From Macrostomum lignano (taxonomy: Eukaryota), in contig NIVC01001940.1 in the NCBI GenBank assembly GCA_002269645.1, positions 62,001 to 126,000 on the forward strand: DNA of 64,000 nt, written 5' to 3'. A model generated the notes under the pieces. That model was given only the letters and a program-made list of their open reading frames with translations, ran no database searches and was not told the origin of the DNA. Each line of letters begins with the position of its first letter. Within the stretch, counting starts at the first letter, position 1. The position numbers and the translations under genes are program-made. This document shows positions 22,446 to 34,400 of the stretch, piece after piece.

Positions 22446-25400
22446 CTGGAAGACAGCAAAAGACATTATTGAGTGAAATACTGATTGCTTGAGGGGTGAA
22501 CGGGTGAATTTTAAATTATTAAAATGGTGACTCTCTAACGCGTGAAAGGGTGAATCTCTAATGAGTGAAAGTGTGAATCTCTAAATGAGTGAAAGGGTGA
22601 ATCTCTGAGTGAAAAGATGAATCTCTAATGAGTGAAAGGCTGAATCTCTAATGAGTGGAAGAGTGAATCTCTAATGAGTGGAAGAGTGAATCTCTAATGA
22701 GTGAAAGGGTGAATCTCTAATGAGTGGAAGGGTGAATCTCTAATGAGTGGAAGGGTGAATCTCTAATGAGTGGAAGGGTGAATCTCTAATGAGTGGAAGG
22801 GTGAATCTCTAATGAGTGGAAGAGTGAATCTCTAATGAGTGGAAGGGTGAATCTCTAATGAGTGGAAGAGTGAATCTCTAATGAGTGGAAGAGTGAATCT
22901 CTAATGAGTGGAAGGGTGAATCTCTAATGAGTGGAAGAGTGAATCTCTAATGAGTGGAAGAGTGAATCTCTAATGAGTGAAAGGGTGAATCTCTAATGAG
23001 TGGAAGGGTGAATCTCTAATGAGTGGAAGAGTGAATCTCTAATGAGTGGAAGGGTGAATCTCTAATGAGTGGAAGAGTGAATCTCTAATGAGTGGAAGAG
23101 TGAATCTCTAATGAGTGGAAGAGTGAATCTCTAATGAGTGGAAGAGTGAATCTCTAATGAGTGGAAGAGTGAATCTCTAATGAGTGGAAGAGTGAATCTC
23201 AATCGATAGAAAGGTTACTCAATAATGCGCAACAGACGCAGAAAAGGAAACTGGGTCACTCACCATCGCCAGGTGCATCCACTGCTGGCAGCGCCGCTTC
23301 CTCTTCCGCCAGACTCTTCCTGGTCTCCTCCCAGACCCGCTGCAGCACCAAGCTGTCCTGAAAGATCAAACTGCCGTCGGAATTGTAAGTGCGCGCATTC
23401 TCGAATAGTTGGCGCACCTCGGCGTCGAGTTCTTCAACGCTTAAATAGCGACCGTCGCGAACTCGCTGACGAATTCTGGCGAAGTCCAACGGCCGCCTGA
23501 TCACTTCGTAATAGTCTGGCAGTTCACGCCGGCTCGGCAGGCGGATGAACGGCTCGGCCAGGGGCCGGTTGTCTGTCGGGTCGCGATAGCGCATCACCGG
23601 CTGCAGCAGGCGCTGCATGTGGGCCGTCAGCTCCGGCGACGGGGCCGCCGTCCGAACGCCGCCGCCGCTAGCAGCGGATCTGCCGTGCGATATCGATTTC
23701 TTCTTTCTGCCTCGGCCGCTCTTGCCTTTGACGCCGCTGCCGGTGGCGTCGCTGCCGATGACATGCGGCGTGGAGCCATCGGCGTCCGATGCGAATGAAG
23801 CCTGGGACTGCCAGTGGATTAAAAAACGTCAGACACAAGTGTGATCCATGGGAATGGCGGAAATAAGTTTGAGGCATAAATTCCGGTATGTACGGGGTTG
23901 TAGCCTAGTGGTTAGAGCGTCGGACTCACGACTGGAAGGTCGCGGGTTCGATTCTTGACCTACTCGGAACAATTTGTGTCATTAAGCAAGACACTTAACT
24001 CTGCATTGCTTCAGTTCACCCAGCTGTAAAATGGGTGCCAGCATTAGCTGGGGAAAATAAGGGTGTGTTGCGACCCCCCCCCGTCCTTGGACTGAACAGC
24101 CGTACGCAGCCTTCAGATGCGCCGCGCAATATCTGCGGCTGAGCTGTCGGTTGCACATCTGCCCGTTAGCGAAGGCGTAATCAGTTATTATTATTAGTCA
24201 GGTATGAAACAGCGAGACCCTAGAGTCTGGTACACAAAGAGTCGTAACGAAGGAGTCAGACAAGAGGGTAAAATATAAGAGTCAGATACGTAGATATCAG
24301 AAACGAAAGAGTCAGATATAAAAGACAGATAAAGAGTCAGACAGTCCCATCCCAGAGTCACACATTTCAGACGCGAGAGTCAGATAAAGAGTCAGACAGT
24401 CCCATCCCAGAGTCACACATTTCAGACACGAGAGTCAGATAAAGAGTCAGACAGTCCCATCCCAGAGTCACACATTTCAGACGCGACAGTCAGATAAAGA
24501 GTCAGACAGTCAGATCCCAGAGTCACACATTTCAGACACGAGAGTCAGATAAAGAGTCAGACAGTCCTATCCCAGAGTCACACATTTCAGACACGAGAGT
24601 CAGATAAAGAGTCAGACAGTCCCATCCCAGAGTCACACATTTCAGACGCGAGAGTCAGATAAAGAGTCAGACAGTCCCATCCCAGAGTCACACATTTCAG
24701 ACACGAGAGTCAGATAAAGAGTCAGACAGTCCCATCCCAGAGTCACACATTTCAGACACGAAAGTCAGATAAAGAGTCAGACAGTCCCATCCCAGAGTCA
24801 CACATTTCAGACACGAGAGTCAGATAAAGAGTCAGACAGTCCCATCCCAGAGTCACACATTTCAGACGCGAGAGTCAGATAAAGAGTCAGACAGTCCCAT
24901 CCCAGAGTCACACATTTCAGACACGAGAGTCAGATAAAGAGTCAGACAGTCCCATCCCAGAGTCACACATTTCAGACGCGAGAGTCAGATAAAGAGTCAG
25001 ACAGTCAGATCCCAGAGTCACACATTTCAGACGCGAGAGTCAGATAAAGAGTCAGACAGTCCTATCCCAGAGTCACACATTTCAGACACGAAAGTCAGAT
25101 AAAGAGTCAGACAGTCACATCCCAGAGTCACATTTCAGACACGAGAGTCAGACAGAGAAACTGAGAGCTAAAGTCAGACGGCACGCAGCAACCTACCAGC
25201 ATTGAGTCCTCGCTTGCCATGGCTCGCTTCATTTTCTTCCTGTGCCGCATCTGGTCCTCCATCTCGTCCAGCGTGCCCTCTTGAATGGCCCGAATAAACT
25301 GCTGGTCAGTGAGCGAGTCAGTGTAATCAACCTCTTTTCGTTGACGCTTGCCGAATCCGCTGCAGCTCTCGCTGTCCTCGCCGTCGTCTATCAGGCTAGA

Positions 25401-28400
25401 GGTGGCGGTCTCCTCCTCGATGCTGCTAATCCAGGGCGGCAGCTCGTCCTGTGACAGCAGCCTAGGCCGGTCGTCGTGCCGCTCCTTGTCCATGCGCTGG
25501 TAGACTTTGAACTCCTCCTCTGAGCGGGCCAGCATCTGGTTGATCGTCTCGTCGTCGTGCACTTCTAAATCATCGTTACCGTCTTGCTCTTCTTCTAGCA
25601 GGGCCATCAGAAATTCGCGACGCTGAACGCCAGTGGATTTCTGGTCAAACATGCCTGGCGGAGACGAAGAGAATTGCGAGATTTCTTTCATTAGTCACCT
25701 ACGCCTGCTACTATTAGTAGAAAAAGATGCCGAAAATTTCATAAGGTGTGAAAAATGAATTAAATCTAAGAATATCTTTATACTAAAAATTAAAATCTTG
25801 TTTTTTTCTGTCTCGGCCGTGGTTTTGTCTCGCATAGAGACGCCTAACCGCAGTCACTCCTGTGAAACTTTTCTCTGCCTGGCTGAAAGCTTGTAATGAG
25901 TGAGTAGGCTGGGTTGGAGGGTAATAGTGGATCAGGAAGGGCTGTGGGTAGCTGTATAGGAAGGCAGGCCTATACTTGTACCAGTTGGTGCTCTGACGGT
26001 CCCCCTCGGAGTGCACTCTGAGCGTACAGCCAGCGACCCTATTAAAGCTGGGAGTGTGCCAAAACCAGGACTGAGTCTGAGCAGGACGAGACCGTTGGCA
26101 CGGTCACTATAGAAATGGCGGGTTGGCGAAGCAAAGGGTGAAATAGTCCCGGCGATTAGCCCTCCTGCCGCTTCAAAGATAAGAGACTGTCTGGCAAGAG
26201 TACCCGGGGTTTAGTTGGGGGGGGAGGCTCCTTCGGGTTGCCACGGCCGTGGGGGCGGTCAATTGACCGGTTTTTTGGCTTAACTAACCCTGGAGTAGGC
26301 ACGGGCTTCCCTGATTGGTTCACTCAACCCCCTCTGGCCCCGGGGAGGTTTATGAATTGTTCCCGGGGGTGGTGGGCGGTCGGCCCCAGCATGGTTGCCA
26401 CGGCTCTAGGCCTTCGGGCCATCCCTAATAGGCTTAAGGGTCTATCTAACCTGATTTTTTGGGCACGGGCTCCTGACTGGTTCGTCGAACCGCTGTCACT
26501 GTCCCCCGGGGAGGTTTGGATTTTATGATTCTGCCCTGTACAGTCCTCTATAGTCTAACTTGGCTTTTAGTGTACATAAGTACACTCCCAATCTGGAACC
26601 CAAATATTTCTCTAGTGGCGTAAGAGCCTGCTCAATGGCTGAGGCGCCGTATTACTTATTTAGTTAGTTAGTTGCTTTTTTTCTAAGAATCTATTAATTA
26701 ATCTCTTCCGAACTGAGCCATATTCTGTCAATCTCCGTTCCGGTAAGCTTACCATATTCCAGCAAATTTCCAGCAAAGCTTACCAAAGAAAATATTTTTA
26801 GGAGGCACGACGTTCCCAGTCTATGATTATTCCAGTCTGGTAAAAATGCATAGCCTAAGAAAAAGTACAAATCAAAGCGTTCATAAACTAACAAGTTGGT
26901 TTTTTGCGACTGAATTAGATCATTCCTAAAGTACAGTATCTACTAGTCATAACTATGGCATCATTACTGGAAGAAACAGATAATCAATCGATTTCCGACA
27001 TTATGACGTCTGATGACGAAGAGGCCTTCATATCCCAACTGCGGTAGATGAAACGGAAGAGCTTTCCTGGAATGCTGTAGTTGCTGGTTGAGATGTACTC
27101 GAGAATTTAAACGAATTTCTGGGGACGCCTGGACTGAATCCAGGAATTACAGTTCCAGATTATGTTGAGGAAGCAACGCCATTATTTCTGGGCCTTTTTT
27201 TACCGGATAGCCTCTTTGAAGACCTGGCAAAGTGGACCAACCGAAGAGCCTGGGCAGCGATTCACTCGGTCGACGCTGAGGACCTGCCTGTGAGTTTTGC
27301 ACATTGGAGAGACTGCAGTGCAAATGAGATAAAGAAAATTCTGGGAATGTATCTTTACATGGGCTCCAACAAGAAGACCGAAATGAGCGAGTACTGGAGC
27401 ACAGACAGCTACTACATAACACCTTATTTTCAAGCGGCTGAAGCTCTCTCTCGGGACCGCTTCAAACAGCTTCTGGGTCTGCTCCGTTTTTATGACTGCG
27501 CTGAAGATCTGGCCGTAAACGACCCACTTTTTAAGATTCGCCCGTTGCTGCAGACATTGAGAGATGCTTGCGTTAATGTGTACAGGCCCGAGGAGGATGT
27601 GAGCGTAGACGAATCTTTGGTGCTGTACAAAGGGCGCTTACGCTTCAAACAGTATATTCCAACGAAGCGGGCAAAGTACGGCATAAAGTTGTATTGTGCC
27701 TGTGAGGCGGCAACGGGCTACCTGTACAAATTTCGTGTTCACTCAACCCCGGAGGAAAACCGCCGGTTCGATGAAACATTGCAAGGAGACACCCTGTCTT
27801 TCAGCGAGAAGTTTGTTGTCGAGCTCTGCTACCATCTGCTGCACCAAGGCTACCGCATCTTCGTCGACAAGTGGTTCGGATCCTATCGGCTGTCGGAGTT
27901 ACCTTCTGGCTCAAGGAACGCACCTGACTTGTACGGTCCGAGCTGACCGAGGCGTTCCGGTTGAGCTCAGAGAGCTGTATGTTCCACCTACCGATGATGC
28001 CTTCATGCGCAAAGACCGTGTGTTGGCTGTAAAGATCATAGAAAGAAAGGAGAGTGGATTGAAGACGCTGTATTTGCTGGACACCGAAGAGGCGGCTGAG
28101 AAGGTTCAGACCCAACGAATTGTTCGAGGAGTGGAAACGACGGTGCAGAAGAGTAGGTCAGCACTTTCCTACAATCGGTGCATGGGCGGTGATGACAGAA
28201 TGGACAGCCACATCAGCCCCATCTGCCAGGTAGGAAAACGAAAAAGTGTTTTTTAAAGCTTGGTTTACACCTATGTATGCAGATGATTCGCAACGCTTGG
28301 ATAGCGTACAAGAGGTGCAGTGGACAAAGAACATTTGCTAAGTTTCTGGAGGCCAGCATTCGGGAACTGGTAGAGCGCACTGGAAGGAACAGGAGGCGAC

Positions 28401-31400
28401 CAGCGACTGCCGTTCAAGCTGCTCAGACAGCCGGTCCTGACAGTCCGCACTTCCCAAAGAAGAAAGCGCTGTCGCATCTGCTACCGGGCTGGAAGCAGCA
28501 AGCGCACGATCTACTGCTGCCCCGAGTGCCCAGGAGAACCGGGGCTCTGTTTGGAAGCTTGCTTTCAGCAGTGGCATGCTTGACAGTGTAACTCTTAGAC
28601 TGTACTCGTACTTTGTCAGAATGCAAAATGTTACCCAAGGAATCTGTTATCCTGTTTGATAAAGGCTCGCCTGCACCGTCACAAAATGAGTCCTAATTTC
28701 TCAGAAGTTTTGCACCTCAAAGTGCATATCTTTGTACACATGTCAAATTTAGTTAATATACATCGTTTGAGGGCGGTGTGAAAGAGCCTTCTGCCAGTTT
28801 ATTGCTTCCAAAATATCCCCATTTCCATCGGATTCTCAACTGCCTTATTGCTTAAAACTATGCGATCCCTTTCTTTTGAAAATCCTGTTCAATCAAAATG
28901 AGAGACATTTGTCTTGCGTTGCACTAATCGTATTATTTGTTCATACCTGATTAGAAACATGTTACTTGTGCTACAGTTTCAATTCTTCGTTGAACTTGCT
29001 ATGTGAAATTGATTAACTGTCGTTTTTATGCTCTCTAAGTAAAATTACTAAGTAAAGACCTCCACAATTTCGCACAAACGCTTTGAAGCTCTGAGTCTGG
29101 CCGAAAAATGGTCTTAGGGACAGTTGCTTAATTCCTAGTACGAGCTATTGTAAAAATCTGTTAGGGTAAGCCTTGCTAAGCGACTGCTGAAGGTTTTAAA
29201 TATGTGCTTAAAATCTCGAAATGCGCTACTAAAAACAGTAGATCACGAATTAAAGTCTAATAAAACTGTATCTCATTTTTAGAATTAAATAAACAGTTCA
29301 AATTGCACTACTAAAAGTAGAAAAAGTGCCGTAAATCTAAAAAAGATTTTTAAAGGAGAAATCCTAGCTAACCGATTGCACTACTAACAGTAGGGAACCT
29401 GCTACAAATATTTAATAGCACACACCGAGAGAACAAGCTTACCAGCCTGGATAACCTTTTCGTCAACGTTGAGCTTGTACCTGGCAGCGGCTAGGATTCG
29501 TTCCTCGACCGAATTAACGCACATCAATCGCAATACGCGAACTTCATTTTTCTGGCCAATCCGATGCGCCCGATCCTGGGCCTGCAGGTCCTGATGCGGG
29601 TTCCAGTCGGAGTCGAACAGAATCACAGTGTCAGCCGCCTGCAAGTTCAGGCCGAGACCGCCGGCTCGCGTGCTGAGCAGGAATATGAAATAATCGGACT
29701 CTTTGTCGCTGAAGACCTGCAGCAGAGAGCCGCGATCCTCCGACTTGGTGGTGCCGTCCAAGCGCAGATACTTGTAGCCCATGTAGTCGAAGTAGTCCTG
29801 GGGTTGGTGTGATGGGAATCAGTGCGCTCTTTGATGGTTTGAAGAATGAAACAATAATAATAATAATAATAATTGATTACACCTGCCTTAATGGGCAGAT
29901 GTGCAACCGACAGCTCAGCCGCAGCTATTGCGCGGCGCATCTGAAGGCTGCGTACGGCTGTTCAGTCCAAGGACTGGGGGGGGGGGTCGCCACACACACA
30001 GCCTCAATTACCCCAGCTAATGCTGGCACCCATTTTACAGCTTTGTGAACTGAAGCAATGCAGAGTTGTGTCTTGCTGAAGAACACAAAATTGTTCCGAG
30101 TGGGTCGAGAACATACATGCGCAACAGTTGGCCGAGTCGGCCGATCCGGCCGACCGATTTGGCGGCCAACCAAGGAAGTCGCAAAAATGCCCACCCGAAA
30201 AAATACCTAAGTAGTAGTACTAAGTAGCTGACGAGGCAATTTGACTTAATAAGACAGTCATAGTTACTCCTGCCGTTTACCCAAAGTTGCGTTAATTTTG
30301 CATTACGTTTTTTTTACATGTCGCATTTTTGGCCAAAAACTACGTCGCATTTTTGTTAAAACTAAGTCGCATGGCCGACCGAATTTTAGAGGTTGCGCAT
30401 GTATGGTCGAGAATCGAACCCTCGACCTTCCAGTCGTGAGTCCGACGCTCTAACCACTAGGCTACCACCTCTTGAAGGATGAAACAATAATAAATATTTC
30501 GCAGTAGAGCTGTGAGTCGTTGGCGCAACGCCTTCAAGCTACATCGGTCATACAACCAGCGCTCAGGCGATTTTGCCCATTCCGCTGACTCCTGAGTACA
30601 AGCGCGCCAATACTGTACGCAGGCACACACTCATACACAGCTCACACAGGATGTACAGCGGCCCTGTGACTTTCTAATCGTCAGGCATGTACACTGGCTG
30701 TGAATCACATGACAACCCCCGGGGCCAATCAGTCCCAAATGAATGTGAACGGTTGAGCAAATAATCAAAGCTATAAGTAAAAAGATTCTGGATATGGATG
30801 AAAACGGTACCCAGGCCAAGAAGCGTCCCAGAGTCACTTGTGCACCCTTAGAGTCATTTCAGAGTTTTATTGTCTGCGACTCTGAAACGACACAAATGAC
30901 TCAGGGGCCGTTGAGTCGCATTTGAGGCGTGCCAGAGTCGCTGTAGAATCGTTGAGTTGTTTACTAACTAGCCTACTGAGTTAGTAGAAAGTTAAGCGCC
31001 AAAACAACGATTCTTGGACGACTCTTTCGCGACTCTTTTACGATTCTACAACTCGCGTACTTTGAGTAATGAAAAGATCACAAAAGTTAACCCAGCGTCG
31101 CGCTATAGCCACTAGAACTATTTGCAACAGCTTTTTAGAGATTCTTGTCACGTTAACGTTTTCAAACGGGTAACCTCTAGGGCCTACGAGCGTATAAATA
31201 GAGCTGAAAATTACCTGCATAACGGTCATCAGCTGGGTCATCTGGCAGAAGATCAACACCCGGTGGCCAGTGGCCCGAAGTTTCGGCAGTATTCGGTTCA
31301 GCAATTCGAACTTGCCAGATGATCTGTACAGATCTTCTCCGTTGACAGCCTGGTGGCCCTTGTGCTCGGTCATGGCGTCCTCGATGTGGGGGAACAGGAA

Positions 31401-34400
31401 CGGATGATTGCAGATCTTGCGCAGCTGCATGATGGTGTTGTTCAGCGTCCTGACGCCGCCGTTGCCCTGTGGAATATTGGGTTTATACAGCTGATAGTGA
31501 TTAGTGGTGCAAGTGATTATACAGGTCTACAGTCATCTATTAATAGACGAAATTTTGTCAGGTGTGATTCTGAGTGATCTGTTGACAGATTCTGAGTGAC
31601 TTGTTGACAGATTCTGAGTGATCTGTTGACAGATTCTGAGTGACTTGTTGACAGATTCTGAGTGATCTGTTGACAGATTCTGAGTGACTTGTTGACAGAT
31701 TCTGAGTGATCTGTTGACAGATTCTGAGTGACTTGTTGACAGATTCTGAGTGATCTGTTGACAGATTCTGATTGACTTGTTGACAGATTCTGAGTGATCT
31801 TTTGACAGATTCTGAGTGACTTGTTGACAGATTCTGAGTGATCTGTTGACAGATTCTGATTGACTTGTTGACAGATTCTGAGTGACTTGTTGACAGATTC
31901 TGAGTGATCTGTTGACAGATTCTGATTGACTTGTTGACAGATTCTGAGTGATCTGTTGACAGATTCTGATTGACTTGTTGACAGATTCTGAGTGACATGT
32001 TGACAGATTCTGAGTGACTTATTGACAGATTCTAAGTGATCTGTTGACAGATTCTGAGTGACTTGTTGACAGATTCTGAGTGACATGTTGACAGATTCTG
32101 AGTGACTTGTTGACAGATTCTGAGTGACTTGTTGACAGATTCTGAGTGACTTGTTGACAGATTCTGAGTGACTTGTTGACAGATTCTGAGTGACTTGTTG
32201 ACAGATTCTGAGTGACTTGTTGACAGATTCTGAGTGACTTGTTGACAGATTCTAAGTGATTTGTTGACGGATTTTGGTGACACTTCAACGGTGTGCCGCT
32301 AGACTTCACAGATCAGAACCATAAACACTCACCTTCTTGTCCTTCTCGGAGCCGGCGGTGAGTATGACATTCCGCTGACTCATATGATGGTGCAGAGTCC
32401 GCTGCAGGGCGCTCATGTCGCACTTAATCACGTACTCAACCTTCTCGGGCAGCTGAGATTCCACCTCTTTTTTGAGCCGGCGCAGCAGGAACGGCCGCAG
32501 GACTTTGTGCAATCGGCGAATAATGAGCAGGGTCTCCTCTTGGTTGAGCTCGACTTTCTCTGAGCTGGACAGAGCGAACGGGGCATTGAACCACTGCTCG
32601 AAGGTGGTCACAGACGAGAACACTGACGGCAGCAGGAAGTTCATGAGAGCCCAGAGTTCGGGCAGCTTGTTCTGCAACGGAGTGCCAGTCAGCAGCAGTC
32701 GGTAGGGCGCGGTGAAGTAGGTGTTGAGCACGCAGGTGAGCTTGCAGTGATGATTCTTCATCCGATGGCCCTCGTCGATGATCATGTACTTCCATTTGAT
32801 TTTAGTTAGCACGGACTTGTCCTTTATGATGTACTCGTAAGTAGTCAGTAGGACATTGAATTTTGCCGAGCGAAGCTCCGTCTGTTGCAGCTGGCGGCGC
32901 ATCTGGGGCGAGCCTGGCGCGGATTTTGGGGCGATGTCAGTTATTTATTAATGATATTAGCGTATCTCTACTTATGAGTAAAACTTGTCAAAAAAACATT
33001 AAAACATAACTGTTGTATTTATTACAGACGATTCTTAGGGATTTAGGGTTTAGGATTTAGGGTTGATCCTGAGGAGTTAGGGTTGATCTTGAGGAGTTAG
33101 GGCTGATCTTAAGGATGTAGAGGCGATTATCAAGGATTTAGGGCTGATCTTGAGGATTTAAGGCTGATCTTGAGGATTTAGAGGCGATTATCAAGGATTT
33201 AAAGCTGATCTTGAGGATTTAGAGGCGATTATCAAGGATTTAAGGCTGATCTTGAGGATTTAAGGCTGATCTTGAGGATTTAGAGGCGATTATCAAGGAT
33301 TTAAAGCTGATCTTGAGGATTTAGAGGCGATTATCAATGATTTAGGGCTGACCTTGAGGATTTACAGGCGATTATCAAGGATTCAGGGTTGATATTGAGG
33401 ATTTACAGGCGATTATCAAGGATTTAGGGTTGATTTTGAGGATTTACAGGCGATTATCAAGGATTTAGGGTTGATTTTGAGGATTTAGAGGCGATTATCA
33501 AGGATTTATGGTTGATTTTGAGGATTTATTAAAAAAGTTCTGATTTTGCATTTTAGCTTCTGATCACAGCGCACAAGTGCACCAAAGCAAACAGCTCCCG
33601 GGCTCACCTTTGTACAAGACTTTCTTAACAGACGGCGCCCATTTGTCGAACTCCAGCGACCAGTTAGACATGGTGGACAGCGGCACAATGATCAGATAGG
33701 GACCATTTTCTTTCTTCTTCTCCATCAGATAGGTGATAAGAGCGATGGTCTGGATAGTCTTGCCTAGGCCCATCTCGTCGGCTAGGATGCCATTCAGGTT
33801 GTTATTATAAAGCGACACGAGCCACTGCAGGCCTTTGAGCTGGTACTCTTTCAGCTTGCCGTTGACGAGAATGCTGGCCTGCTCTCGCACCCGCTCCTGG
33901 ACGCTGTGCGCGCTGCCGTAGTAGCCCTGCTGCTGATGATAATCGTCATCCTCGTGCCTTTCACCGCGTCGTCAATTGCCTCGTCGTCTGACGAGTCTGT
34001 TGAATCGGCGTCGGCTGCGGCGGCGGCCGCGGCGGCCGTCTGCTGCTGGTGCTGATCCTCCAGCTCCTCTGGGCAGAGCACGCCGTCCTCGTTGACTGGG
34101 ATCACCCACCACCCCGGATGATCTGCTAGCCAGGCCTCCAGATCGCGGGCTAGCGGCCCGTTGTCATCCGTAAGGCGCTCGCCGGTGCTGGGGTTCAGGA
34201 CTGGCACCTGGGAATGGGATTCGGGATCATTGAAATGGGATTGGGAATTAGGGGCTTGAGATTATTGAAATGGGATAGGGGATTAGGGGGATTGGGATCA
34301 TTGAAATGGGATTGGGGATTAGAGGGATTGGGATCATTGAAATGGGATTGGGGATTAGGGGCTTGAGATCATTGAAATGGGATTGGGGATTAGGGGCTTG

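Noticed and set aside
23894-23965. tRNA gene (Val-like CAC loop)
   Set aside because: Anticodon and acceptor stems do not pair, and the sequence continues into a SINE body
24290-25152. Regular repeats superficially like CRISPR arrays (also 37418-38637 and 50615-51025)
   Set aside because: Head-to-tail units without unique spacers, no cas genes, eukaryotic intron context
26040-26100. Hammerhead-like CTGA...GTCT-GAGCA-GGAC-GAGAC (also CTGATGA in the 1300-1735 array)
   Set aside because: Core lacks CUGANGA next to stem II and has GAGA rather than GAAA; the array has no GAAA partner
26690-29300. TTAA-flanked piggyBac terminal inverted repeats
   Set aside because: No TTAA site on the right matches the left candidates; element ends left undefined
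33958-33964. 7-nt GT-AG micro-intron explaining the brm frameshift
   Set aside because: Removing GTGAAAG gives the wrong frame and an immediate stop
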